Origin: a virus
Length of the DNA: 64,000 bases
IMG/VR virus record: IMGVR_UViG_3300032213_003338
Span: 32,001 to 96,000 of that record
Direction: 5' to 3' (one strand)
The notes under the pieces are model-generated. The model had not been told where the DNA came from. It was given only the letters and a program-made list of their open reading frames with translations, and did not search any database. The position numbers and the translations under genes were made by a program. Position 1 is the stretch's first letter, and every line of letters begins with the position of its first letter. Shown one piece after another: positions 37,176 through 47,764 of the stretch.

Positions 37176-39092
37176 ATGAGTCTACCAACACAGTACCAGC
37201 AGTTTATTCATTTGTCACGCTACTCAAGATTTCAAGACGCAATTGCTCGTCGTGAATCTTGGAACGAAACTGTTGACAGATATTTTAATTTCTTTCTAGA
37301 CCACCTCAAGACAAACTGCTCTTTTAATCTTGACAATCAGCTTTTGTCAGAACTAAAGTCTGCAGTTCTAAATCTTGAAATTATGCCAAGCATGCGAGCC
37401 TTAATGACTGCTGGCGAAGCTTTGCAGAGAGACAACGTTGCGGGGTATAATTGTTCTTATGTCACAGTCAGCAGAGTCCGCGCGTTTGATGAAATCCTAT
37501 ACGTTCTCTTGTGCGGCACAGGAGTTGGATTCTCTGTTGAGCGACAATACGTCGAAAAGCTACCAACTATCGCTGAAGAGTTTACAAACAGCGAAACTAC
37601 TATTGTCGTTCAAGATAGCAAGGCTGGCTGGGCTAAAGCATACAGAGAATTGGTATCCTTACTTATTGGAGGCCAAATTCCAAAATGGGACATCTCAAAG
37701 GTTCGTCCTGCTGGCGCAAGACTCAAAACATTTGGTGGACGTGCGTCTGGTCCGGGGCCGCTGGAGGATCTCTTTAGATTCACTATTGATACTTTTAAAA
37801 AGGCTGCAGGAAGAAAACTCACTTCAATCGAATGCCATGATGTGGTCTGCAAAATTGCAGAAGTTGTCGTGGTTGGAGGTGTGCGAAGATCAGCACTTAT
37901 ATCGCTCAGCAATCTTACTGATGAGAGAATGCGAGACGCAAAATCTGGAGCCTGGTGGAATGAAAATCCCCAGCGCGGTCTTGCGAACAATTCCGTTGCC
38001 TACAAAGAAAGACCAGACATTGGCATCTTCATGGAAGAGTGGGTTTCGCTTTACAAGAGTAAAAGTGGCGAACGCGGCATCTTTAATCGTGAGGCATGCA
38101 AAAAAACTGTTGAAAAACTAGGCGACAGAAGAGATCCATCTTATGACTTCGGTACAAATCCATGCTCAGAAATTATTTTGAGGGATCGTGAATTTTGCAA
38201 CCTAACAGAGGTTGTTGTTCGCAGTAACGACAACGAAAAGTCCCTGGCAAGAAAGGTAAGACTCGCAACAATTCTTGGTACTTTCCAGGCCTCACTGACA
38301 CACTTCCCGTATCTTTCTTCTGAGTGGAAGAATAACTGCGAAGAAGAATCTCTTCTTGGTGTTTCTTTGACTGGCATAATGGATAATCCATCTATGGCTA
38401 CTGTGTGCAAAGAAACAGAGATGATGCTCGCTAGACTCAAGCAAGTATCTATAGATACAAATAAAAAGTTTGCAAAAAGCATCGGGATAAATCCAGCAGC
38501 CGCAATTACTTGCGTTAAGCCAAGCGGTACTGTTTCTCAGCTTGTTGATGCCGCCTCTGGAATTCACCCAAGACACAATAACTTTTATATCAGAACCGTT
38601 CGCGCTGATAGAAAAGATCCACTTTGCAAGCTTATGACTGATAATGGCTTTCCTCATGAGCCTTGCGTGATGAAACCAGACTCAACTATGGTTTTCTCGT
38701 TCCCAATGAAAGCGGAAGAATCTCTAACGAGAGACTCTCTTTCTGCAATTAAGCATCTTGAGGTTTGGCTAATGTACCAAAGATATTGGTGCGAACACAA
38801 GCCGTCAATTACAGTAACAGTCAAAGAGAATGAGTGGATGGAGGTAGGTGCTTGGGTATATGCGCACTTTGATGAAATCAGCGGTATTTCTTTCCTGCCA
38901 CACTCTGATCATTCCTACAGACAAGCGCCATACCAAGATTGCACTAAAGAAGAATACGAAAAGCTAAATAAGTCAATGCCAAACAACTTTGATTGGTCTT
39001 TGCTAAAGGATTACGAAAAAACTGATTCAACTGTTGGAACACAAACCTTTGCTTGTAGCGGAGATAAGTGTGAACTTGTAGATATAACGTAA
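37176..39092 (+). CDS. nrdJ: class II (B12-dependent) ribonucleotide reductase
   Basis: MPSMR, YNC, GTGVGFS, VGGVRRSA, GTNPCSE, TCVKPSGT, C-terminal CSGDKCE; no beta subunit adjacent. Confidence 0.93.
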   Translation: MSLPTQYQQFIHLSRYSRFQDAIARRESWNETVDRYFNFFLDHLKTNCSFNLDNQLLSELKSAVLNLEIMPSMRALMTAGEALQRDNVAGYNCSYVTVSRVRAFDEILYVLLCGTGVGFSVERQYVEKLPTIAEEFTNSETTIVVQDSKAGWAKAYRELVSLLIGGQIPKWDISKVRPAGARLKTFGGRASGPGPLEDLFRFTIDTFKKAAGRKLTSIECHDVVCKIAEVVVVGGVRRSALISLSNLTDERMRDAKSGAWWNENPQRGLANNSVAYKERPDIGIFMEEWVSLYKSKSGERGIFNREACKKTVEKLGDRRDPSYDFGTNPCSEIILRDREFCNLTEVVVRSNDNEKSLARKVRLATILGTFQASLTHFPYLSSEWKNNCEEESLLGVSLTGIMDNPSMATVCKETEMMLARLKQVSIDTNKKFAKSIGINPAAAITCVKPSGTVSQLVDAASGIHPRHNNFYIRTVRADRKDPLCKLMTDNGFPHEPCVMKPDSTMVFSFPMKAEESLTRDSLSAIKHLEVWLMYQRYWCEHKPSITVTVKENEWMEVGAWVYAHFDEISGISFLPHSDHSYRQAPYQDCTKEEYEKLNKSMPNNFDWSLLKDYEKTDSTVGTQTFACSGDKCELVDIT

Positions 39093-39850
39093 TGCATTAT
39101 CAAACAGTTTTCCTGTCCGATCTTCATCTTGCATCAAAGAAGGCAAAGCACAAGCCGCTCATAGACTTCCTGAAGTCCAATACCTTCGATAACATCTACT
39201 TGGTAGGTGATATCATCGACATTTGGAGGTTCAAGGATGCATTCTCAATGAAGCATGAGAAGCAGATTGGACAGGTTGAAGTCGTGGAAAGACTGTTGAA
39301 GCTTTCTCGTAAGGGAGCCAAGGTTCATTACATCTATGGAAACCATGACGAGTTCATGGCAAAGTTCATAGGGCATGAAATATTTGGAAACATTTCTCTG
39401 TACGAGAGAATGGACTACAGCACCAAGACTGGGAAGAAGTTTCTCGTTCTTCACGGACACCAGTTTGATCTCGTCACGAAGTATCCAATAAGTTCTTCAA
39501 TCTATAAACTTGGAGACATCGGATATGAGATCATGCTTGACCTGAATGAAATATTCAATTGGTGCCGTCGTGTCTTGGGAATGCGATACTGGTCTTTGTC
39601 GAAGTACGTGAAGATCAAGGTCAAGAGAGCAGCACAGTTTATTGAAAGCTTTGAAGAGGTCATATGCAGATACGCAAAGGACCGAAAGTATGATGGAGTG
39701 ATCTGCGGACATCTTCACAATCCGAAGATTACGGAAGTCAACGGGACGGTGTACGCAAACTGCGGTTGTTGGACCGAAAAGGACAACTGCACATTTCTGT
39801 ACGAGGACATTAATGGAGAACTTAGGATTGGCAATTATGCAACAGAGTGA
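39092..39850 (+). CDS. UDP-2,3-diacylglucosamine diphosphatase-like metallophosphoesterase (LpxH-like)
   Basis: SDLHL, LVGDIID.W, GNHD, HG.QFD, YWSLS, CGH.H, NCG.W. Confidence 0.8.
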   Translation: MHYQTVFLSDLHLASKKAKHKPLIDFLKSNTFDNIYLVGDIIDIWRFKDAFSMKHEKQIGQVEVVERLLKLSRKGAKVHYIYGNHDEFMAKFIGHEIFGNISLYERMDYSTKTGKKFLVLHGHQFDLVTKYPISSSIYKLGDIGYEIMLDLNEIFNWCRRVLGMRYWSLSKYVKIKVKRAAQFIESFEEVICRYAKDRKYDGVICGHLHNPKITEVNGTVYANCGCWTEKDNCTFLYEDINGELRIGNYATE

Positions 39851-40097
39851 TATAAAAGAAATATATTATCGCCAACCTAAGTGGCACGACCCTATTGTCC
39901 TTGGTCTTTGTGTTTTCTTTCTTTCTCCGTTTTTTGTCTACGGTATTTTTTTAGGATCAATCAAGAGTCTCTTTTCTAAAAAACATCAGCCGTGTCAGCA
40001 AATTAAGGGCGGTTTATCGGATGAAGAAATAATAATACTTAGAGAGTTATATATGAGAAACTATAATAAGATCGAAACCAATGATAGTAAAAATTAA
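39837..40097 (+). CDS. small membrane protein
   Basis: hydrophobic segment. Confidence 0.5.
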   Translation: MQQSDIKEIYYRQPKWHDPIVLGLCVFFLSPFFVYGIFLGSIKSLFSKKHQPCQQIKGGLSDEEIIILRELYMRNYNKIETNDSKN

Positions 40098-40509
40098 AAA
40101 GCTTTCTGATAGCGCAAAGACTCCAGAGTACGCAACCTCTGGATCTGCTGGTGTAGATTTATGCTCTGCTATTTCTACTACGATAGAGCCAGGCAAAATA
40201 GCTCTTGTAAAAACAAATATCTCTGTTGAGATGCCTCCAAACATTGAGGCCCAAATAAGAGCTAGAAGCGGTCTTGCATTTAAAAACGGAATATTTGTAC
40301 TTAATGCGCCAGGCACCATTGACTCGGATTATCGCGGCGACGTTGGTGTAATTCTGGCAAACTTCAGCGACAAAGCGTTTAACATCAACGTTGGCGACAG
40401 AATTGCTCAAATGGTTTTTGCCAAAGTGATCAAGCCGGAATTCTCAGAGTCCTCAGACCTTTCTACAACATCAAGAGGAGAGGGCGGGTTTGGGCATACT
40501 GGTGTCTAG
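40081..40509 (+). CDS. dut: dUTPase
   Basis: SAGVDL, RSGLA, GTIDSDYRG, GDRIAQ, RGEGGFGHTG. Confidence 0.95.
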   Translation: MIVKIKKLSDSAKTPEYATSGSAGVDLCSAISTTIEPGKIALVKTNISVEMPPNIEAQIRARSGLAFKNGIFVLNAPGTIDSDYRGDVGVILANFSDKAFNINVGDRIAQMVFAKVIKPEFSESSDLSTTSRGEGGFGHTGV

Positions 40510-40523
40510 TGTATTTATGATTG

Positions 40524-40892
40524 ATGAGCGCAGAGAAATATGTAAATGAAAATCGTAGTTCGCTGCTTTCAATATACTCACAAATATTGTCTGCAGAAGA
40601 GCTTTCCTGCGAGGTATTCGAAAAAAGAGTTGATGACAAAACTAAAAAAGATCTTTGTAGAAAGACTATAGTCGTTCATAAATATTTAAATGGCGAGGTT
40701 GATTTTCCGATCAATCTTGCCTTTTTAAAACCAAAAGATAGTCAAATTGTAGATGAGCTTTATAGCATCATGCTGTGCGAAGAATTTGTAAAAGCCGGTA
40801 AATTAACAAGAACCGGCGATACATATGAGGCTATAATTGATTGGGATTTTAAAATAATTCCTAAATTTAAGAAATACGTTAAGGGCAAGTAA
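40524..40892 (+). CDS. hypothetical protein
   Basis: GTGTAT at 40509. Confidence 0.55.
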   Translation: MSAEKYVNENRSSLLSIYSQILSAEELSCEVFEKRVDDKTKKDLCRKTIVVHKYLNGEVDFPINLAFLKPKDSQIVDELYSIMLCEEFVKAGKLTRTGDTYEAIIDWDFKIIPKFKKYVKGK

Positions 40893-41242
40893 TGCCTATA
40901 TACCCATTTGATTGCCAAGCGTGCCAGCACCACTTTGAGATCTGGCTTAAAATGTCAGATGAAAGACCAACACAATGCCCATCTTGTGGATGTGATGGAT
41001 GCTTGGCTCGTGATTTTTCTGGAATAAACACAGTCGTTGATTCCAACCAGCCAAAAACAATAGGCGATTTGGCTAACAAAAACACAGAAGATGCGGTTAA
41101 GAGAGGCGAGCTTCCAAAAAGTGCTCTTGATTGGGAATCAAATAAAAAGAAAAAACGAGAAGTAAAAAATCGAGCAAAGAAAATATCAGAAATGACTCAG
41201 CAACAAAAAACAGACTATATTATGACAGGCAAAATGCCATGA
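40892..41242 (+). CDS. FmdB-like zinc-ribbon protein
   Basis: MPIY.F.C..C.H.FE...CPSCG. Confidence 0.8.
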   Translation: MPIYPFDCQACQHHFEIWLKMSDERPTQCPSCGCDGCLARDFSGINTVVDSNQPKTIGDLANKNTEDAVKRGELPKSALDWESNKKKKREVKNRAKKISEMTQQQKTDYIMTGKMP

Positions 41243-41538
41243 GTGTTGAAATTAAAAAAATAGATGACGAGCTTTCGTGTTACACATTCATTTGTGATGA
41301 CACTGGAAAAAGAATGCTAAATGTTTGGTCTCGATCTATTGTCGGAAAAACACCAGTGCAAACAGTTGAGGCAAAATGGTTTAGCAGCGGATATGCAGGT
41401 TCTGGGCCATTTGAAATAGAGGGCGTTTTATCTTGTACGCCAATTGATGATTCAAGATTTAACACAGAGATAGTAGACTTTATGACCGATGAAATATCTG
41501 GAGACGTAAAGCTAACAGCTTTTGTAAAACAAAAATGA
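41239..41538 (+). CDS. hypothetical protein
   Basis: ATGA coupling. Confidence 0.55.
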   Translation: MSVEIKKIDDELSCYTFICDDTGKRMLNVWSRSIVGKTPVQTVEAKWFSSGYAGSGPFEIEGVLSCTPIDDSRFNTEIVDFMTDEISGDVKLTAFVKQK

Positions 41539-41870
41539 AATTTATAAATTCAATAGATCAGCTTGGTGGTGAAAAGAAATACTCTAATGAGTATCTAAAT
41601 GAATACGGCAATGCTAGCGATGAGTCTAGAGCCTGCGCAAAAACACAATCATCAGAAACTGGAACTAAATACTACATACTACAAAGCAACGCCCAGAGGA
41701 AAATATTTAATCCAATAATTGATGACTTTCACAAAAAACTACCAGGTAGATCCGAGCACGAGTTTAAATTGACCGAATGCTCAAAAGAAGCATTTGATGC
41801 CTACGCCGATTATCTTAAAACTAAAAATCCACTTATGCTCAAAAGGGCGGAAATTTGCGTAAAAAGATGA
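41535..41870 (+). CDS. hypothetical protein
   Basis: ATGA coupling. Confidence 0.55.
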   Translation: MKFINSIDQLGGEKKYSNEYLNEYGNASDESRACAKTQSSETGTKYYILQSNAQRKIFNPIIDDFHKKLPGRSEHEFKLTECSKEAFDAYADYLKTKNPLMLKRAEICVKR

Positions 41871-42154
41871 ATAAGACAAAGTCCAAATCTATTCTTAATC
41901 AATGCAAGAAAGCAATCAACACAATATTTGATGACGCTGAAGAGGCGCGGCTTAGCAAAGAGCAAATGGAAGAGATTATTTCTTTTATTTCAACAAGACT
42001 AGAAACTCCCGTATTAGCTAATGACACTGATAAAGAAAAGACTACGGCCATTAAGCCTCATGTTTTCAAAACTGGCGCAACAGCTGACGAAAGAGGCGCG
42101 TATGTTCACACTAAATCGGCCTCTGAAAAATTTGATCAAATGAACGGCAGATAA
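41867..42154 (+). CDS. hypothetical protein
   Basis: ATGA coupling. Confidence 0.55.
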   Translation: MNKTKSKSILNQCKKAINTIFDDAEEARLSKEQMEEIISFISTRLETPVLANDTDKEKTTAIKPHVFKTGATADERGAYVHTKSASEKFDQMNGR

Positions 42155-42155
42155 A

Positions 42156-42596
42156 ATGAATAACTCTATTGATCCAAAATTAAATATTTTTTGGTCAGCA
42201 AATCTCAAATCAGAAAAGACTTGGTTTGACAAACTTAACCAAGATGGCGCTGAATGGTTTAAGCTTTCTGAGGCAGTAGAATCTGGCGAAGAAGAAATAC
42301 AATCAATGGCCCTGTGGGTTCATAAAAAATTTCCACACTCGCATATAACATCAGTTCCGATTGGTCAGGATAAAGACGGCTATTTTTTTGGAAAACGAGC
42401 ATCAATTACTTTTGGTGATGGCAATGCCCAAGAGTTTATAGGGGCTGGGTATCTTGAAAATGATATCGTAAAAATTACTTGGTATAACAATTTGCTTGAG
42501 GCTATTATGTTTGAGGAGAGATCACCGCAAGACTGCGGATTCTCCTTAATAAGATGCAAGAACAAGAACACGACAGCAACTTCGTCTCAGGTTTAA
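42156..42596 (+). CDS. hypothetical protein
   Basis: ORF in gene run. Confidence 0.55.
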   Translation: MNNSIDPKLNIFWSANLKSEKTWFDKLNQDGAEWFKLSEAVESGEEEIQSMALWVHKKFPHSHITSVPIGQDKDGYFFGKRASITFGDGNAQEFIGAGYLENDIVKITWYNNLLEAIMFEERSPQDCGFSLIRCKNKNTTATSSQV

Positions 42597-43012
42597 AAAT
42601 TAAAACATCGGCCTATATAACAGAGCTGATTATACTAAACGATATAGAGTGGAAAATTAAAAAGGGAATTTTGGCGTCAAAGCCAATATCTCCTTTTTGG
42701 AGAAAAAACTCTCAAACAACACCAGAGCTTAAAACTCTTGCAGAAAAGTTTAGGCTTGAGCTTAGCTATGTAAAAAATCTTCTTCATGTTTTCAGTGCTC
42801 CGGTCTTGATAAAGTACATTAAAGATCGTGGAATTATAACTATAAGATTTTTGACTGCCGACAAGCAAAAGGCTATGGTTTTTAACTTGTTTAACGAGCA
42901 GGTTGAGTTTGAGAAAACAAAAGCAGAAAAGAAAAAAAACAAATTTGATGAGACCATTATAACCGTTGAAGACACACGCCGCGCTCCTAAACTACGTAAA
43001 GGACTTGTATGA
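42554..43012 (+). CDS. hypothetical protein
   Basis: ORF upstream of recA. Confidence 0.55.
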   Translation: MQEQEHDSNFVSGLKIKTSAYITELIILNDIEWKIKKGILASKPISPFWRKNSQTTPELKTLAEKFRLELSYVKNLLHVFSAPVLIKYIKDRGIITIRFLTADKQKAMVFNLFNEQVEFEKTKAEKKKNKFDETIITVEDTRRAPKLRKGLV

Positions 43013-43989
43013 GCACAAAACCACTTGCAGTTGAAGATTTTTTAATTCCGGCAGATTTGCTTCGTGAAGAAGAAGGTCGTGTTTTTAGAACAACGATATC
43101 TCTTGATATTGCTCTTTCTGGCGGAATACCAGAAGGAACTAGCGTTTTGCTAAGTGGAAAGCCGAAGGTTGGAAAAACAACATTGGCTCTTCATTACGTC
43201 CAACAATGTCACCGTAAGGACCCATCGAAGAAAGTGTTTTTCTTTGACGTAGAAGGTCGTCTTCGTACCGAACTCATTTCTTGTTTTCCAGACATCAATA
43301 AAGAAAGTCTCAATATAGTGAGATCAAACTCAAGCAAAATCTTGAGTGCCGAAGACTATTTGAATCTTATCTTTCAAACACTCAAAGACAATGAACACTC
43401 TATTTGTATACTTGACTCAATCGCGGCACTGTGTCCAGAGGGCGAGTTGTCTTCTAACATTGGTGATTCTGTTAAGATGGCTGGAACCGCGACTCTTATG
43501 TACAAGATATTCCGAAGAGTCAGCCAAATCCTTCCTGTCACCCACAGCACATTCATAGCACTGACTCACATGATTGCCAATCCAAACCCTGGACCCGGTA
43601 AAAAAAGCGCAACAGTTGGTGGTAATGCACCCCAATATGGCGCGTCTGTTTGGCTGGAAGCCGCTTGGAAGCAGGACATAAATGATTCGGCAAATAAAAC
43701 AATTGGGCAAAATGCTCACTTTAATGTTATTGCTTCTGCCCTTGGTGCACCAGGCTCAGAAGTAACCGTTCCTATTATTTATGGTCGTGGCGTTGACGAG
43801 CATATGGATCTTTTTAACATTTGTTGTGAGCTTGGACTAATACAGAAAGCTGGTGCCTGGTATAGTATTGGTGGCTCTAAAGAAAAAATTCAGGGCCAAC
43901 TTGCCGTAGTAGAGCTTTTAAAGAAAGATGAAAAACTTTATAGCTCACTTCTATCTCAGGTAGAAACGATGGCAATGCCATGCAAGTGA
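43009..43989 (+). CDS. recA: RecA-like recombinase
   Basis: SLDIALSGGIP.G, GKPKVGKTT, ILDSIAAL, LIQKAGAWY. Confidence 0.88.
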   Translation: MSTKPLAVEDFLIPADLLREEEGRVFRTTISLDIALSGGIPEGTSVLLSGKPKVGKTTLALHYVQQCHRKDPSKKVFFFDVEGRLRTELISCFPDINKESLNIVRSNSSKILSAEDYLNLIFQTLKDNEHSICILDSIAALCPEGELSSNIGDSVKMAGTATLMYKIFRRVSQILPVTHSTFIALTHMIANPNPGPGKKSATVGGNAPQYGASVWLEAAWKQDINDSANKTIGQNAHFNVIASALGAPGSEVTVPIIYGRGVDEHMDLFNICCELGLIQKAGAWYSIGGSKEKIQGQLAVVELLKKDEKLYSSLLSQVETMAMPCK

Positions 43990-44399
43990 TTTCAGTAAAT
44001 AACCCTATTAAAAAAATAACATGGGACCTTCGTAAAGGGGTCTGGCCAATGAAAAGCAAGGCGGCTTGCCGATCAAAGATTCAATATGCAATTGGCCAAA
44101 TGATACTAGCCAAATACCCTTTAGATCCAATCCTAGAAGATATTACAATACCAGACACAAGACTTTCACTTGATTTTTATTTGCCTCAACGAAAAATTGC
44201 TTTTGAGATACAGGGTGAGCAGCACACAGAAATGAATCCGTTTTTTCATGAAACAGTTGCTGACTTTGAAGAACAGAAACATAGGGACTCTCTTAAGGAA
44301 TTATTTTGCGAATTAAATAACATACAGCTTGTGAAGCTACACTCTTTAAAGGAAGCTGAGGCGTATTTTGGAATCCCAAAATCTAATGGATCGGTCTGA
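43980..44399 (+). CDS. DUF559/Vsr-like endonuclease
   Basis: LDFYLP..KIAFEIQGEQH...RD..K..FCE.N.I. Confidence 0.7.
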   Translation: MQVISVNNPIKKITWDLRKGVWPMKSKAACRSKIQYAIGQMILAKYPLDPILEDITIPDTRLSLDFYLPQRKIAFEIQGEQHTEMNPFFHETVADFEEQKHRDSLKELFCELNNIQLVKLHSLKEAEAYFGIPKSNGSV

Positions 44400-44853
44400 G
44401 ATTCAAAAAAAGATGGCTGAGTTCCGCGACAGATTTAAGTTTGCGGCAGTCATGGTTCCGCCAGAGGTCGATAGGCTTCTTGGCATGACGAGGGATTATT
44501 TGAAATCTGCGAATAGGGAAGATCTTGCAATTGACTGTATAAGGCTTTCTCAGTATGGGCTTTATATTAAAACTGAGGCAAATAGACTTCGTGCAAATAT
44601 TTCTTGGTGCGATGCAAATATTAACTCTATTGTCGGCCGAGAGCTACCAAACACAAACGGTTACGGTATAGCTGAAAAGTCACTTGTAATTAAACGTAAT
44701 GATCCAGTCGCAAAGGAGCTTGAGTCAATAAAAACACTCTGCGAGGTTCAACTAAAAACAATTGAGGACATAGACAAGAAAATTGAGTTTATGGCTTCAT
44801 CTATAAAAAATCTTTGTTTTGAAAAGAGAGGAATAACAAATGAAAGATCTTAA
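44386..44853 (+). CDS. helical hypothetical protein
   Basis: ORF in replication cluster. Confidence 0.55.
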   Translation: MDRSEIQKKMAEFRDRFKFAAVMVPPEVDRLLGMTRDYLKSANREDLAIDCIRLSQYGLYIKTEANRLRANISWCDANINSIVGRELPNTNGYGIAEKSLVIKRNDPVAKELESIKTLCEVQLKTIEDIDKKIEFMASSIKNLCFEKRGITNERS

Positions 44854-45331
44854 AGGTTTTCTGCAAAAGGCAATCATTACAAATGACATGGAGTCTGTCC
44901 GCGAGTTTTATACCACAATATTTGGGGAAACCGCCCCAATAAGTATTGTGCAGCAAGGCTCCAATATTGACACCCAAAAAATTGAGGCTATTAAAAAAAT
45001 ACTTCTTGAAGATATTATTGAAGATCGTGGCTACGAGTATGATACTCAATCTCAAGAACAAGGCGAGGACGAAGAAGAGACTAAGTCTGGTGATCAGAGA
45101 TTTATATCAAGTAAAGAATTTGAGCTGCCAGAAGATGCATTGCCGCATTACCAAGACGAGGTTAAAAAGCTTAGTGCTAGAAAAAAGCATTATCGTGATG
45201 CCTATAAGCCAAACATGAAAAAGTGCGAGGTTTGTGCTACAACATTTGATTTCAACAAAGAGTATCCGGCTGGTATGCTACAATCTGATAACTCGATCAA
45301 GATAAAGTGCAATAAATGCAGAGCAAAGTAA
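44840..45331 (+). CDS. hypothetical protein with C-terminal Zn finger
   Basis: CEVC...CNKC. Confidence 0.55.
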   Translation: MKDLKGFLQKAIITNDMESVREFYTTIFGETAPISIVQQGSNIDTQKIEAIKKILLEDIIEDRGYEYDTQSQEQGEDEEETKSGDQRFISSKEFELPEDALPHYQDEVKKLSARKKHYRDAYKPNMKKCEVCATTFDFNKEYPAGMLQSDNSIKIKCNKCRAK

Positions 45332-46755
45332 AATCTTACAACCAATCTGTCTGTGAAGAAAGCTTGATATCATGCGCCATGAACAGTGGCGCTGATGTTA
45401 TTTATTCAAGCGATATTTCTATTTGCGATTCCGATTTTGGTAATCCGCTTCTTAGCAAATGTTTTTTTGCAATTGCGGCGCTGGCTGAATCTGGAAATTC
45501 AGGTAAGATTAGTCCGCAGCTTTTAGTCTCTGAGATATCAAAGACTGGGCAGGTTTCAACGAAGGATTCTGATTCTATATACGCAATTCAAGCTATAGAG
45601 TCTGAGAGAAATGATTATCAGCATTTCGCAAGACAAGTGAAATTTTGGAGTCTTTGTCGTTCCCTAAAGAAAAAACTTGAGTCTGGAATAAAGTCCATTG
45701 GAGATTTGAGTGGCTCAGAAAGCATAGTTGATGTCGCATCAGCTGTTGAGTCATCTGTATTTGAGTTTATTCCTGAGGTTACTAATGAAAATGACCTGGT
45801 TCAGATTGGTCAATTTGCAGAAGGCCACATAAAATATCTTGCTGAAAATCCAGTAAAGTCAGCGGGTATTCCTACAGGATATCCACGCTATGATCAAACA
45901 ATAGGTGGTGGGTATCGACGCGGGACAGTTAATGTTGTTGGAGCAAGACCAAAAGTTGGTAAGAGCACCTTTTGTCTTAATGTGGCAGCAAATATGGCAA
46001 AACAGGGAATCCCCGTTCTGTATCTTGACACAGAAATGAAAAAGGAAACACAGTCCGTCAAATGGGTTTCCCTTCACTCTGGTGTTGACCAGCAATCAAT
46101 TGAAACTGGTCAGTTTTCGCAAAAGGAAAACTTAAAGTTCTCTATTGACCAGGCACTGTCTTCTATTAAGAAAATGCCATTTTATCACATTAGCATTGCT
46201 GGTAAAAAGCCGGAAGAAATAATGTCGATAGCTCGCCGCTGGATTTCCTCTGTTGTTGGTCGTGATGAAGGCGGAAACACAAAAGACTGCCTGATAATGC
46301 TTGACTATTTGAAGACTATGGATCTTGCTGACGTTGGAGATTTCCAAGAGTACCAATACCTTGGAGACTTCATCACTAAGCTTCATAACTTTGCTGTTAA
46401 AAATGACGTTCCGGTTCTTGCAACAGTACAGCTTAATCGTGACGGAATTAGCAAAGAAGACAGTAGCGTTGTTTCTGGAAGCGATAGAATCTTGTGGCTT
46501 TGCTCTAGCCTTGCTTATCTTAAAAAGAAAACAGATGAGGATGTTGCTGCTGGAGACAGCAAAACAAACGGTGACAGAAAGCTAATTGTGATAGATACTA
46601 GATACGGTGGAGGAATGGACGCCTCATCAGAATACATAAATATTGTATCCAATCTAGAAAGATCAGAAATGATCGAAGGTAAGTTTAATTTTGAGATACT
46701 AGAATCAACAAATAACATTGACCAAAATGATGACGAAGACGATATTGAATTCTGA
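45316..46755 (+). CDS. dnaB: replicative DNA helicase
   Basis: GIPTGY, GARPKVGKST, LDTEM, MLDYL, QLNR. Confidence 0.92.
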   Translation: MQSKVKSYNQSVCEESLISCAMNSGADVIYSSDISICDSDFGNPLLSKCFFAIAALAESGNSGKISPQLLVSEISKTGQVSTKDSDSIYAIQAIESERNDYQHFARQVKFWSLCRSLKKKLESGIKSIGDLSGSESIVDVASAVESSVFEFIPEVTNENDLVQIGQFAEGHIKYLAENPVKSAGIPTGYPRYDQTIGGGYRRGTVNVVGARPKVGKSTFCLNVAANMAKQGIPVLYLDTEMKKETQSVKWVSLHSGVDQQSIETGQFSQKENLKFSIDQALSSIKKMPFYHISIAGKKPEEIMSIARRWISSVVGRDEGGNTKDCLIMLDYLKTMDLADVGDFQEYQYLGDFITKLHNFAVKNDVPVLATVQLNRDGISKEDSSVVSGSDRILWLCSSLAYLKKKTDEDVAAGDSKTNGDRKLIVIDTRYGGGMDASSEYINIVSNLERSEMIEGKFNFEILESTNNIDQNDDEDDIEF

Positions 46756-47764
46756 AGAGATAAAAATCTTCAAAAAGATTGCCTGCGAGAGTGACTACAA
46801 AATTTTGCAGGCTCTTGGTTTTGAATTCAATGGAAACTCTTCTGTTCAACAAGAATGCCCAGTGCACGGCGGTGACAACCCAACAGCTTTTAGTTATCAT
46901 TTTGGAAAATGCTGCTGGTCTTGCTTTACTCACGGATGTCATCAAAAATATGGCAATGACATTATTGGTCTTGTTCGTGGACTTAAGCAAATAAGTTTCT
47001 CTGAAGCAATAGAGTGGATACAATCAGTGATAGAATCTGATGACTTTGCTGATTCTGTAATAACAAGAAACCGTCAAGAAATCGCAAAAAACAAAGTTAT
47101 ATCAGATGGCAGACTCTCAAAACTAGATAAATGTCATCAGTTTATAAAGTCAAGAGGTTTCACTGAGGAGATTTGTGAATTTTTTGAAGCTGGAGTTTCT
47201 TTGAACGGAAAGACGTATCACCACAGGTTGATGATTCCAATTAGGAATATCGACGGTGATTTAGTTGGCATAACAGGACGTTCAATATTTGAAAAAAATA
47301 CATTGGGCTGGTACTTTCCAGAAAAATTTACAATAGACGAGGCGTATAGAAAGCTTTACGCAAAGTGGAGACACTACCCAAAGGGTTTCAATAAGTCAAT
47401 TGAGATTTATAATATCAATAATGCTTTAGAGGAAATTAAAGCTACTGGTCTTGCCATCATCGTTGAAGGTCCATTTGATTGCTGGAGAATGCATATGTAC
47501 GGAATAAAAAATGTTGTTGGTGTAATGGGTTCTTCAATGTCTAATAGGCAGGCAGAGCTTCTTCAATCTATTGGGGCAAAGAAGCTTGGTCTTATGCTTG
47601 ATTCAGATGATGCCGGAATAAAAGCTGCTTCAAAAATAAAATCGCTGTTTAATTCACGATTCTCAATATCTAAAATTCTTACCGACAATAAAGATCCGGA
47701 TATGCTATCTTTGGAAGAGTTTAATCATAGCGTCCTACCTCAGATACAGGTTTTATCAAAATGA
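46718..47764 (+). CDS. dnaG: DNA primase (CHC2 Zn finger + TOPRIM)
   Basis: CPVH...CF...C, RLMIPI, GR, VEGPFD, LDSDDAG, KDP. Confidence 0.9.
   Translation: MTKMMTKTILNSEEIKIFKKIACESDYKILQALGFEFNGNSSVQQECPVHGGDNPTAFSYHFGKCCWSCFTHGCHQKYGNDIIGLVRGLKQISFSEAIEWIQSVIESDDFADSVITRNRQEIAKNKVISDGRLSKLDKCHQFIKSRGFTEEICEFFEAGVSLNGKTYHHRLMIPIRNIDGDLVGITGRSIFEKNTLGWYFPEKFTIDEAYRKLYAKWRHYPKGFNKSIEIYNINNALEEIKATGLAIIVEGPFDCWRMHMYGIKNVVGVMGSSMSNRQAELLQSIGAKKLGLMLDSDDAGIKAASKIKSLFNSRFSISKILTDNKDPDMLSLEEFNHSVLPQIQVLSK

Noticed and set aside
37438-38121. 227-aa alternate-frame ORF inside nrdJ
   Set aside because: No SD or motifs; typical off-frame shadow
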